A DNA stretch of 42,888 bases from Folioceros fuciformis (lineage: Eukaryota). The position numbers were made by a program, and so were the translations under genes. Where the stretch lies: contig JBNGIO010005977.1 of assembly GCA_049999805.1 (NCBI GenBank), positions 104,077-146,964 of the forward strand, written 5' to 3'. A model generated the notes under the pieces. It was given only the letters and a program-made list of their open reading frames with translations, was not told the DNA's origin and made no database searches. Of this stretch, positions 1 to 11,361 are shown in pieces (within the stretch, counting starts at the first letter, position 1; each line of letters begins with the position of its first letter).

Positions 1-1087
1 TTACTGTTTGGACAGATAAGGGGGTGGCGGCCAAGGAGGCAAATAGTCTGCCCTCCTTGGTTGATGCTGGAAAAGCACACCGTTTTCAGTTCCCGACTCC
101 CAAAACTGTGGTGGGAAATGTGCAATTCCTTTGAGTTAGATTTGGGGCCACTGTAAAGTTGGGTCTGGAAAGAGTTACCTGATGTTTGTGAGTAACACTG
201 GGATTGTTGCCTTCGCAGCTGGCGAATGTCAAATCTAGAGTTTGTTAGCGGGCTAGTGAAAAAATCTATTCAGGAGCAGGCAGATGACCTATCTTGCAGC
301 ATGGTTGAAAGTTTGGTGGAAAGAGCACTGAAAAAACACAGTTTGTGTTGAGAGTGACACGGAGTTTCTTGGCTTTGAAAGTGCAATTTGTGAATCTCAT
401 GTTTGTTGTGAGCGGCCAGTGGAAGAGTTCTTGCTGCTCGGCACCATTTTACCCTCTTCACTTGCTCACTTCTATCTCTCTTTCTGTCTCCTTACTTCTC
501 ACCATTTCTCTCTCGTTGCTCATTCGTCATCCAACGCCTTTCATACGGAGTCATCGATCGCTTCACGCACTGCCGTAAATCCTCTTTGGTAATCTGTACC
601 CGTGAAAGACCTTTTAACCTTGTCGCATTCGAGGGGTGTGCTTGTTATTCCAAAGGCGTCATCGCATTAGAGAGGGAGTTACGTGCTTGCGCCTATTTCG
701 AAGGCGTCACACATGGATAGTGACGGGGGCTTACGGCCAGCCAGCGCCCCAGGGATCGTTCTGTCATGCAATCGTAACTTCCGGGCCGCGATGCCGAATG
801 GAAAGACTAGTAACAATCCGATTTCCAAATTTAATTTGTAGAGCTCCGGAGAACTCTGCCCAAAAAGTGAGATATGCCACTGTTTGTGTCCCGCGCACGG
901 TATTCTTTAGTAAAAGGCGAAAGAATAGTTCGCTTTGCGTTGAACACGCGGCTCTGATGCATGAAGTGTGACCTCCTGTCTATATAGGATTCCTCGGGCT
1001 ACGCATACAGCAGGAACGATATGGGGTAATAAAATTCAATGCTGCAAGTAAAGATTCGTCGCTCTTTGATTCCGTTTTCTACCTTAG

Positions 1088-1642
1088 TCTTGCGCGTTAC
1101 ACAGAGGGCTAAGAAGACACAGAGGATTAAGAATATACAGGGGACTAAGAAGACACAGAGGACTAAGAAGAGACAGAGGATTAAGAAGACACGGGGGACT
1201 AAGAAGACACAGGGGACTAAGAAGAGACAGAGGATTAAGAATACACAGGGGACTAAGAAGACACAAGGGACTAAGAAGTGACAGAGGACTAAGAAGACAC
1301 AGGGGACTAAGAAGACACAGGGGACTAAGAAGACACAGAGGACTAAGAAGAGACAGAGGATTAAGAAGACACAGGGCACTAAGAAGACACAGAGGACTAA
1401 GAAGAGACAGAGGATTAAGAAGACACAGGGCACTATGTAGACACAGAGGACTAAGAAGAGACAGAGGATTAAGAAGGCACAGGGGACTAAGAAGACACAA
1501 AGGACTAAGAAGAGACAGAGGATTAAGAAGACACAGGGGACTAAGAAGACACAGAGGCATAAGAAGACACGGATGTATTGACAATGGGGTACATCTTTCA
1601 AACATGCTGCTCGGGACAAAATTCAGTGCCGGTCCCAGGTGA
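1088..1642 (+). CDS. Putative exon encoding an Arg-rich ([12 protein letters not shown])n repeat protein; no in-frame start codon upstream of the repeat
   Basis: Stop-free frame from 1088 to TGA 1640-1642, preceded by a pyrimidine tract and TAG (ttccgttttctaccttag, ending 1087). Most recurrent repeat variants are synonymous in this frame. No expression evidence. Confidence 0.3.
   Translation, partial: SCALHRGLRRHRGLRIYRGLRRHRGLRRDRGLRRHGGLRRHRGLRRDRGLRIHRGLRRHKGLRSDRGLRRHRGLRRHRGLRRHRGLRRDRGLRRHRALRRHRGLRRDRGLRRHRALCRHRGLRRDRGLRRHRGLRRHKGLRRDRGLRRHRGLRRHRGIRRHGCIDNGVHLSNMLLGTKFSAGPR
1106..1573. repeat. 18-bp minisatellite, 26 units, with a 54-bp (3-unit) higher-order period
   Basis: Consensus GGA(C/T)TAAGAAGA(C/G)ACAG(A/G). 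Units start at 1106+18k with no indels up to 1556. The recurring trimer is CTA..CACAGA / CTA..GACAGA / TTA..CACAGG. Confidence 0.97.
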
Positions 1643-2200
1643 CAATAGCACGAAAAATTACAAAAGACTAGTTTGTGGACGCAGGTGGGCAAGATGCGTT
1701 CTCATTGGATCCGGTATCGTTTCAGTCCATAACTACTCACAACCTAGTGGTAAAGGGAGACCCTCCAAGGAGAAGCCTGCGGTTGGAGAATTCCGCCGCT
1801 CTAGAAATCAGCGACAATCATCAGCGACAACAAAAATGGAACGGCGCAATGCAACTCAAGGTGTGCCCTTAGGGGGGTCAAACAATCACACAATCCTCCC
1901 TGAACCGACAGAGAACCCGCACCACATACACGCCCATCATCGGCGGCTAGCTCTCTTCCATGGCTCTACAGTAGCAGAACGACAATCTCCTCTCCCGGTC
2001 GTGACTACTTGAGCGAAAAAAATAGGATGGGTCGAAGTGCCTGCAACAGAGGTCGCCAAGCAATGCCTCAAAGGCTTCCCTTCCGGACGATCCATGGCTG
2101 GGACCCACGCAGGTTGTCACATGGCATCTTCACCCAGCAGGAACTGCCAGCCTCCCACGGCAACATGCACAAATCAGCGTCGGGAACCAGGACTATCGTC

Positions 2201-3310
2201 TCAGGCCAGCAGGGCAAACTCCGCACCCCCTCCCTCCAGCTGCGGCGAGCTGTGATGGTGCACGATGAACCATTGGCCACCGTGGAACTCGAAGCAGTTG
2301 GTGGCTAGCAGAGGCTCCCTGGACGAGTTCACAAACTCCTTCACCGTCACCCAGGCCACGTCCCCAACCACCCTCACACGGACGTCCTGCAGCACGAACT
2401 CGTATCTCTGGCTCCAATTGAACACCAGCTGCCAATTCTCCATCACCACACGATACCTGAGAGGCCCCCGCCAGTGCTGTCAGACAAAACACACACATTC
2501 CATCTACCATGCACCATCCACACGCATCACAATCGATGGTTCATCACATGCCAACACCACAACACAAGACAACGAGTACCCTACTGACCCGGACAAAATT
2601 TCTCCCCCGGGATGAATGCACTTCACGTAGTCCGCGGGGAGCCAGAGTCGCTTCATGCCCTTGAGAGATTTAGCCTGAAATTTCTTGTAGAACTCCGAGT
2701 TNNNNNNNNNNNNNNNNNNNNNNNNNNNNNNNNNNNNNNNNNNNNNNNNNNNNNNNNNNNNNNNNNNNNNNNNNNNNNNNNNNNNNNNNNNNNNNNNNNN
2801 NCCATTGAAGTCCTGCCGGAAGAGGGCTTTCCAGGCGCTGTCATCATTGGCGGCTCGGCGCATGGCGGAATTCGTCATGGACACGCAGCACAGGCTCTTG
2901 AAGTCCAGGTAGCTGAGCGCGTGGTGCGTGATCTCGGGCACCAGCTGCTCCAGCGTCATGGCCGACGTCACCTTCCCGTTTGCGACCGCTGGCGCCGCCA
3001 ACGCCGGCGCCGTGGCCTCCACCGCCTTGACCAACCCGTGGCCCTGGCCCTGGCCCTGGCCCTGGCCCTGGCCCTTGTTCTTGCCCTTGCCCTTGCGCTC
3101 CGCCTTCTTGGCCCCCGCCGTGCAGGACGCCAGGCGCGCACTCCCCCGCAGCAGCAGGCTCAGCAGCAGGGCGCACACGCAGCACAGGCATGCCGCAAGC
3201 ACGGCGCACACGGAGCTCCCATCCTGCTGCTGCTGCCCCGCCGCCGCCGCCGCCGCCGCTGCTGCTGCTGCCGCGAAACTCCCTGCCGCATTCCCGGATC
3301 CCGCCACCAT
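2201..3310 (-). CDS. SKIP8: F-box protein SKIP8-like (N-terminal hydrophobic segment, F-box, NTF2/SnoaL-like domain); exons 3310-2589 (spanning an N gap) and 2456-2201
   Basis: EQLVPEITHHALSYLDFKSLCCVSMTNSAMRRAANDDSAWKAL, DYVKCIHPGGEILSG|YRVVMENWQLVFNW and TNCFEFHGGQWFIVHHHSS match plant SKIP8. GT-AG intron 2588-2457. N-terminal poly-Ala and (GQ)n come from GCN and CCCTGG microsatellites. Confidence 0.9.
2702..2801. other. Assembly gap (100 N); other gaps at 17229-17328, 17703-17712 and 33828-33927
   Basis: Runs of N; the fixed 100-N size suggests placeholders of unknown true length. Confidence 0.95.
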
Positions 3311-4285
3311 ACCTGCTGCTGCCGCTGCCGCTCCCGGAGCGCGAGATCGAGCGCTTCACCACCGAGAATGGTAATGGAAATGGGGATGAACTCCAATTCG
3401 TCTCGTCCCAGACCCACGCCGTCCGACTCCCATCTCCTGCTGCACCCGCCAGCCGCAATTTCTTGGCGATCGAAGCAGAAGAGCGCGCCCGGACGCTCGG
3501 ACAGGGCGGCGGCCGAACATGCACATCCAGCATAGAAAACATGGACATGGACTGCCAGTCTGGTCCACCTTCTTCTCTCCTCCTCCCTTCCTCCGGTCCG
3601 CGCGGACAGAGAGAGATATAGAGGGATTTTAGGGCATGCGCATTCTATCCTTGCTCCCCTCGCCGGATTGTTTGCCTGGGACTTCTCCTGCGGAAATTTC
3701 GCACCCTCTCCTCCGATCCCACGTTGGTGGATCATGGATTCACGGCTCCTAACTCCGGCAGCCGAGGGAATGCCTCAGTCATGTCTCCCGGGTGGGGCCC
3801 TGCGTCCTGCAAATATCGTCTTGGGACTGCGAGGTGTCAGCTCGGACGGGCTGATCTCAAGGAAGGAATAAACTTCGACGCTTCCGACACGTAAGGAAGC
3901 GAGAGCCATGGCAAGAGCACTGCCTTCTACTCCAGGAAGCATGACTTCCTTTCGCCCCACCTGTTAGGCTGCAACACATGAACGTCAGGTAGACAACATG
4001 GAGGAGACTGCGATGAAAGTACGAAGGCAACGTGCGTACAGCCAAGGGAAGTGCTAAGAAAATGTAGTAGACTAGTATTACAAAAGCTGGGTGCAGGGAT
4101 GAATAACTCTACAAACCTGTCATAGGTAGCCTCTGTGGCTCATAGTACAACAAGGCAGGCTGTGCTATGCTGTTCATGCCAGCCTTATCAACAGCCTACC
4201 TTAGCCTGACGTAGAATACATATCAATGTGATAATCTTCTCTAGGGTACAATATTGCTACAGTCTATGTAGTAGTACAGGTGCAT

Positions 4286-7005
4286 TCAAGCCAACGAAGC
4301 AGGCAGAGGCGAGCTCCTCACAGTTGGTGTGGTACCGCTGTGGTCACAGGGCTGCCCTGGAAGCGTTGCAGTAGGTACGAGGAAAGAGGAGACCGGCAGG
4401 GGGTGTCGTAGGAAGCGTCCAGCAGGGGACCTCTGATCTTCTTGTTGGTGAGAGTGTGGGGTCGTCGGCATGGAGACTCTGCCTGCCCTCCAACGGGTGA
4501 GTCCGTTACCGACAACTGGCAGCCTTCCAATGCGCTCAACAGAAATTGCCTCTCCTGCACAAGAGGAAGGGTGAGTTGGACTCATGAGCATGTCCCAGAA
4601 GCTCGGGAACGGCAGCTTTGTGCTTGAACTTACCGTGTCGGAGAATTGTGGACTAGGCATGCCGTTCAATAAGTGCCGAGAGCTTGGGGTGAGGCTGACT
4701 GGAGTTTGAACACTCTGCTGTGAGGTAGTGCGTGGAGGGGACTCAACGGGAACGTCATGCTTTAGTTCTCTTGGGTTATCCTCCATTTGTTCTGCACCTT
4801 AAAAACAAGTCCCACAATTAGAACATGTTGCGCACCCCGATCCTACATCCTGTCAGCAACACCGAAATGTTCTCTTCCTCACTCTAATACGTACCTCTTG
4901 ACTCCAGTGGACCGGAAGCTCCATCTGATTCTTGCTTGACAGCCAAGTCGTCTTCTGCGTTTCCAAAGCTCGATAGCGATTCTTCGTTCACTCCAAAATC
5001 GGCTGCCCCGCCAATGCAGTCGCATGCAGCATCTTGCTGCCCATCCACACTTGGCGGCTGGTCCCAAGCGCTTTCGAAGGAAATCACTCTTGGGTGCGCA
5101 CATGAGTGAGGGGACACACAGAAAAGCCCGCTGCTTTCGGGCCTGTCAGTAACTGTCAACGTCCTTCAGGCAAGGACAAAACAGCCAAAGTCAGTTACAT
5201 TTCTTACCCACGAGCACGAGCTGCAAGCAATGTTCAGAAGCAGGAAATCCGTATTTCAACGACACAGGCGCCCTTAAGTGGACCTTACCTTTGCTGGAGG
5301 TGAGGACTGAAAGTTTCCGTGTTCTCTCTTTGCTCATGCATTGGCCCGTCGGCAGCTCTATCAGAGAAGGAGGTCAGAAAGTAATTGAGACCGCTTGAAG
5401 AAACCGGTGTTTCCAATTTGGCCACGGCCAGCCATTCCATTTCCTGCTATCAGCGAATCAAAGTGTGAGGCTGCCATGCGGAGGTGAGACAGAGACTATC
5501 CAACAGGAACATTGTAAAAGCGAGCATGCGCCTCCACGAACGGGCTTGATGGTACCTTCCAAGATTCAGTCATTACCGAAGAACCGGCTCTGGAGTCATG
5601 ATGGCCGTCGAAGTACAGGCCTACGTTCCTGGATTCTTCAGCTAGGCTTCCCCCTGCAGGAATCAGAGATACGCAGAGTCAGCAACGCCGCACACACAAG
5701 AGGAGGTAACACACGAGACTTAATGGCAAGCATGAGCAACTAACCACGATTCAGAGCACAGCCGCTGACTCCATCTTCTGATATAGGACTAGCAAATGCT
5801 CCATTGAGAAACCCTCTCCAGTTTTGTTGAAGAACTGAGTCTGGTGTCAACGCCTGAACAAGGCCATCGCTCCTGATCATTTCAAAGCAAATTTCGATTT
5901 TAGTTACAACCCTGTAGCAGATAGCTGTTAAGTTGCTTTTGTGTCACATTGCTGCGCAGAAAGCCAAAAACAGACCTTGCCCTTTTGCTGGTAGAGTAGT
6001 TAGGGGTGTTGCTGTCACTGAAGTGGTCACTTCCTCTTCTCTTGTGCACGGGCTTGTTGGGCTCAGAACCCATATCCCCACTGCTTTCAGTTTGGGAGCA
6101 TTCCGCTTCCCTTGCATGCTTCCTGACAAGTGACGTGAACCGATTCTTCACCGCATTGTCTGTCCTGGTACATTTACAAGGCGGGAGCACAAATCAGTGA
6201 GAATCAGGCACAATCTTTGCACGAGGACTCAAAAAATGCGCCCAAATTTTGTACGAGTCAGTCCATCCTTGTGAGTTGGTGTGGAAATGAACCTGCCGGG
6301 AAGAACTTTGGCTATTTCCGTCCAGCGATTGCCATGCTTCTGATGAGCCTGATGAATAAGGGTCAGTGAGCATACCCTTGATACTGTACGTTCAGGAGCA
6401 AACCAAGACCAAGAATCAAGAAAAATGCGAACCTCAAACAGGACACGATCCTCCTCCAGAGTCCAGCCACCCTTTTTGCTGGGAACATTCAAACAGAGTT
6501 GCCATCTGACATGGAAACCCCGAATAAGAACAAAGGAGCCACCACAGATGGCTCTAATGCATAAACAGAAGCAAAGCGAGAAATATGGTACCTTCGTCTA
6601 CACTGCCTGCCGGTCTTGTTTCCCAGGTGTGACGCAATCATTGGCCACCTGGAGAGACATTAAATCAAGATGTATCACACGACCTACGACCTGCAACACT
6701 CAAAGACGCAAGTGGACGAAACTATCAATACTCACTTGTCTGTCCCAAGGAGTCGAACTTGATCCCTCAGAATTCTGTCTTCCTGAGAACAACAGGAGGA
6801 AAAGTTAAACCCAACCAACACAAAGAGAGCTGTACCGCACGAAACCAGTTTGCAAGATAACGCAATGCTCATAAGCTAGAAGGAGTTGGGTAAGCAGCGT
6901 ATAAGCACCAACCTTGTCTGTCCATATCACGAAATGACGATCACCAGACAAGGACTTCTCGTCGTGGTAATCTGGAGACACATGGTCAGCAAGCCGGACT
7001 CCCAT
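4286..7005 (-). CDS. FLP: R2R3-MYB transcription factor of the FOUR LIPS (MYB124)/MYB88 clade; MYB exons 7005-6913, 6782-6736, 6648-6592, 6505-6433, 6348-6293, 6164-5976; middle exons uncertain; last exon ends 4286
   Basis: The spliced reading [99 protein letters not shown] matches the FLP/MYB88 signature (RHxVxW, [18 protein letters not shown]). C-terminal SFESAW and PSPQFS motifs resemble that clade. All MYB-region junctions are GT-AG and in frame. Confidence 0.85.
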
Positions 7006-8296
7006 GACGTCTTCCACAAGGTCTGGGACAGCACCCAAGATCAGTAGCAAAGTCACAGTACCATTGCAATCCACAAAACCACGACCAATCCTTGAAACGA
7101 ATTTCCGACAGTCACTCACCTCTACGAGTCTCGCTCGAACAAGCCCACCCTCCTACTCCTCTCCCCGTTTTCCCGCACCCACTCTTCTACTTCCTATCTT
7201 TCACCAGCCTGGTCGTGCAGAACCTTTTTCTTCCTAAAATGCCTGTAAAAACGGGACAGTTTGAAACTTTCGATGGTGCAAGACACACGCCGTCTCCCCA
7301 ATCCCATTGTAAACCTGCGCCGCTGTCATCCTGAATTTGAAACGCAACTACTCTCCATGGATTTTAAATTCCCGCCACAGCCCTCACCAACCCGCCCCGC
7401 CCCTGGCCGCCGCCAAACAGCAGCAGTGTCACAGCATTCCCACCCGCACAAGCAGAATTCACAACCTATCTCACGCCGCTCTCCGTCCTCACCAGACCTA
7501 AGGCTCAAGCGAAGTCCACGACCGGAATCCCTCCAACATTTCCGCAATCCCACACACTCGACAGCCAGCTCCCTCCCACAAGAAGCCCCAGCGCAGCCAG
7601 AATCTGGCGCAGAAGAGGGTGCAGGTGCAGTGGGGCGCGCTGCGTGAGCTGACGAAGGCGCAAGGAGCCTGCTCCAATGCTCGAAATTGGAGCAGCAGAG
7701 GAGTGCGGCAACAGGGACGCAGGCAAACCGGGACGCCAGGCCCTGAAAGAAGGAATTGGAAAGAGCCCGTCGGGGGATGTCGGGACAGGAATGGGGCAGA
7801 GGAGCCCAGCCCTTCCCAGCCGTGTTCGGGCGGGGACCAGAGACCTTCAAAGGCAAAGAAGGAGAAAAAGCGAGGGAGAGCCTTCCTTACCGCCCAAGTT
7901 TGAACTGCAAACTGCGCCTTGGCTGCCTCTGGGTATTGTACATGTAGCCATGTAGCCATACAGCTCATTTTTGTAATCAATAATAGACCCTGCTCTTACC
8001 TACCTCCTTGGTACAACTTGTGCATTGCAATTCCCAGCTAGCGACCTACATCTGCATCTGCCCGTTTGTGCTTTTCAAAATCCCGCTTCTTTACTTGCAA
8101 AATCTGGTTATGTGGTTTGAGACGTTTACGTCTAGCACTCACACTTACGAATGACGGCTTCGGGTAGAGGCCCCATCCCCTCCCCCTGTGTATAGGGAAA
8201 CTGCCCCTTAAAAAACTTTTAACGAATGTGGGACAGGCTTGCGAGAAACTCCTTCGGCGGTTTGCTGTGACGACTTGGGAAGCTTGGGACGGGGTT

Positions 8297-8304
8297 TAGG
8301 GTTT
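8297..8304 (-). promoter_or_regulatory. Telo-box (AAACCCTA on the minus strand) upstream of the prohibitin start codon
   Basis: TAGGGTTT lies 85 bp before ATG 8389 within gggtttagggttt...tttaggtttag. A second copy is at 8733-8740 in intron 1. Telo-boxes are common near 5' ends of plant housekeeping genes. Confidence 0.45.
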
Positions 8305-8388
8305 TTGCTTTAGGTTTAGCATTTGCTTCCTGCCAGTTCACGAGAACAGGAAAGCTTGGGAGCGTGAGCAGCAGCTTGAATTCCTACA

Positions 8389-9566
8389 ATGAACATCAAC
8401 ATGCGTAATGTGAAGCTGCCATCGGGAGGGCCAGCTGCGACGCTGGCCAAGCTTGCCGTGGTGGGAGGACTGGGAGTGTATGGAGCGTTCAACAGTCTCT
8501 ACAACGTCGAGGGAGGGCACCGGGCTATCGTCTTCAATCGAATTGTTGGGATCAAGGACAAGGTGTATCCGGAGGGTACGCATTTCATGGTCCCTTGGTT
8601 TGACAGACCTGTTATCTATGATGTGCGAGCGAGGCCACACATGGTGGAGAGCACATCTGGCAGCAAGGATCTGCAAATGGTAATCTACAGGATACTCCCA
8701 TTGCCTGTCTTCGCTTCGTGTGTGACATGGTCTAGGGTTTACGGTGACTTCGTTTGATGGATTCGCATTGTTCTGGACAGGTGAGGATCTCTCTTCGTGT
8801 ATTGACAAGACCTATGGCGGATATGCTGCCTACTATTTACCGAACACTTGGCCAAGACTACGCTGAGCGAGTTCTGCCGTCGATTGTTCAAGAGACTCTC
8901 AAGGCTGTTGTTGCGCAGTATAATGCTAGTCAGCTCATCACTCAACGTGAGGTATGTTTGATAGTCACCGAGCATGTGATGTGAGTTCTGGTTGTTGGTG
9001 TTTGGCGTGACACGGCGGAACCGTCTCTGGCAGGTTGTGAGCAGGGAAATTCGTCGAATACTGCATGAGCGGGCTGCAAATTTCCATATAGCCCTGGATG
9101 ATGTATCGATCACCAACCTCACGTTCGGTAGGGAGTTCACAGCAGCAATTGAGGCAAAGCAAGTTGCTGCGCAGGAAGCTGAGCGGGCCAAGTTTGTGGT
9201 GGAGAAGGCCGAACAGGACAAGCGAAGTGCGATAATTCGAGCCCAGGTGTGTGGATACATACGGCTCATGGCTGCTGTCCGGAACTTTCGCGTTTATTTG
9301 AAACCGAATTGCTGAGATTAGGTTTCGGTTATGACGCTGCTTTGTGGCAGGGAGAGGCAAAAAGTGCGCAGCTTATTGGCGAAGCCATCTCAAACAACCC
9401 TGCCTTCATCACTCTCAGGAAGATTGAAGCCAGCCGAGAAATTGCCAACACCATCTCCACATCCACGAATAAGGTGTTTTTGAATGCCGATTCTCTGCTT
9501 CTCAACATTCAGGAGGTGGGCAACGACGACGGTGGTCAGCTGATGTCCAACAAAATGAAGAAGTAA
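8389..9566 (+). CDS. PHB2: Prohibitin, type II (PHB2-like), mitochondrial; exons 8389-8679, 8781-8951, 9034-9246, 9351-9566 (296 aa)
   Basis: [89 protein letters not shown]. Three canonical in-frame introns. Confidence 0.97.
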
Positions 9567-10293
9567 CTTGTCGTCGAACACACTTCATTCGGCATCATTT
9601 CTTTTCTGGGCCACGTTGCAGACCCAAAGAGTGCAAGATTGCATTTCGAGTCCCATTGTGTTAGCAGTTTTGGGAAAACTACAAGTCTCCAGTAGCATCA
9701 GGTAATTAGCTGTTTTGTCCAGACCGATTTATTTCGTGACACCCACCTTTCTCCGTAGAATCTCTTCTCTTCAGGTTTTGCTACAAACCTGGCCCCCGAC
9801 ATTGCTTTTCTTGGTTCTTTACCGCAGTATTGCCCACGCAGGATCCTGAAAATCTGTATAACCTCCACAGAGTTGGTACCTTGGACTTACACCGTCGGGA
9901 CTAGTTCATTTGATGAGACATTGCATGTGTCTTCAAAATAACCATTGAGCCCTGATGCAGATGCTTGAGGCAGTCTACAATTTCTACTCAAAACAACGTC
10001 CCGGCTCTCGCATCCAGCGCTCCAATCTGAGAAATTCCCATAGCGTTCGTTGGCTTGCCGGCGACAATGAGTTCCTGCAACACTCCCCTGTTGTTCCTCG
10101 GGGGTGTCCGCGACAATTATTTCCTCAAAGTTGGCCACACAGGACTCTGACACTTAGTCAAGGGTCAATTTCCGATCGATGCAATACCATACGGGTTGGC
10201 CACCACTGAGATCCTCTCTTCAGGAAAGCGTTTACGCACCTCCTGTCTTACTTGAAACAATACATGCGCCGTGACTACTATACGCAAGGCGGA

Positions 10294-10698
10294 CTACGGA
10301 ATGCCTTCTTCTGATTCGAGCTGAGGCATCGACAGTCCCACTCTGCCTGCCGTGTCTATCAAGCGGGTCTGCTGCTCGTTTGTTCTGTCGATGTCAATGT
10401 TGTAGGAACGCAACAAATCCTGCAGCATCCAATGAACCTCCCTTTGATCATCTTGTCCTCAAGGAGCCCTTACCACAAGTAGAAGTTGTCTACTTACTTT
10501 GTGATGGTGCACGCTGGTGATGAGGGTTGTGTAATCCTGCGCAAGAGACACCTTTTGCTTGATCACGGAAACATCCGTGAGACCTGCATTCTTCCGAAAT
10601 TCCGCAACCACGAATTCCCTGAAATGAAGGTTTTTCTCATCACACCGCACATGAACGTGCACCGCTCTGAGGAGGTTCCTCAGCACTGCCCTGGCCAT
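10294..10698 (-). CDS. Small LYR-family mitochondrial protein, FMC1-like; exons 10698-10498 and 10419-10294 (108 aa)
   Basis: MARAVLRNLLRAV...FREFVVAEFRKN...LAQDYTTLITSVHHHK|DLLRSYNIDID...TAGRVGLSMP. LYR-like N-terminal helix, xEFR motif and FMC1-type AGxVGLxxP tail. 78-nt GT-AG intron. Confidence 0.75.
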
Positions 10699-11361
10699 GC
10701 CGGGCCACTCGAATGTGATGTTTCTCTCCCGCTTGCCTACCACACGCAGCAGATGCGTCCCTGATTCCGCACCCAACCCTAACGGATGAGGGTCAGTCTT
10801 AACGGAACACTAGGAAAGACTAAGGAATCAAACTCTGCGTTCGACTGAAGGTCTGGCGGTTGTGGCAGGTTTCTGGTGGTGAGAGTCTAGGGTTCCATCA
10901 GCCAGTAGTCCATTACACGAACATTTCTCGTGCTCTGGTGAAACTTCTGGCTGGTAAGTATATGATTCATGTCCTCGAAGGATTGGCATACTTGATAGAC
11001 GTGGCTACGTCGTCAGGCTCATTCCCTTTGCCTTCATTTTATCTTGCTGCCGTGTAGCTCTGCTCTTCATTGGCCCACATATCTGAAGAGATGACTGGAT
11101 ATCCTGGCACATCAGCACAGGGATAGCATAGATCGATGGGCACAAGTTGACAAGGTTGCTGAGTCTGACCGTAAGATCTAGCAGTATCTGCACGTGGTTG
11201 GAAGGAGCCGTACGTGATTTGCATTTCTCAAGTCCACGATGCCCAACTGGCGGAATTGCGACGAGTGTGTTTGGTATGAAAGGTGCAAGTTGTGGTCACA
11301 TCGTTGCCTGAAATGATCCTGGAAGATCCACGAGCCATAGAGTGGTACCTTGGGAACAAGA

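Noticed and set aside
636-712. Short imperfect direct repeat gtgcttg...aaggcgtca (2 copies) and the 111-aa ORF 636-971
   Set aside because: Only two degenerate copies and no recognisable protein; not distinguishable from chance.
1106-1573. CRISPR-like interpretation of this array or of the 32329-33030 and 34637-34811 arrays
   Set aside because: No unique spacers (whole units are homologous), no cas genes, and a eukaryotic context.
999-1692. ORF-track proteins (CVFLVP)n, (LLSPLC)n and (TKKTQG)n
   Set aside because: They are open largely because the 18-bp unit lacks stops. Recurrent variants are mostly non-synonymous in these frames, and the TKK frame has internal stops.
2612-3735. Several long overlapping ORFs over the SKIP8 5' region
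   Set aside because: Alternative-frame and antisense shadows of a very GC-rich exon; no recognisable domains.
7092-7980. Cluster of ORFs upstream of the MYB gene
   Set aside because: No homology recognised; more likely 5' UTR or promoter, with a probable 5'-UTR intron near 7023-7119 on the minus strand.
8389-10698. Adjacent mitochondrial genes (prohibitin and FMC1-like) as a functional cluster
   Set aside because: Two convergent housekeeping genes in a dense genome; adjacency is plausible by chance.
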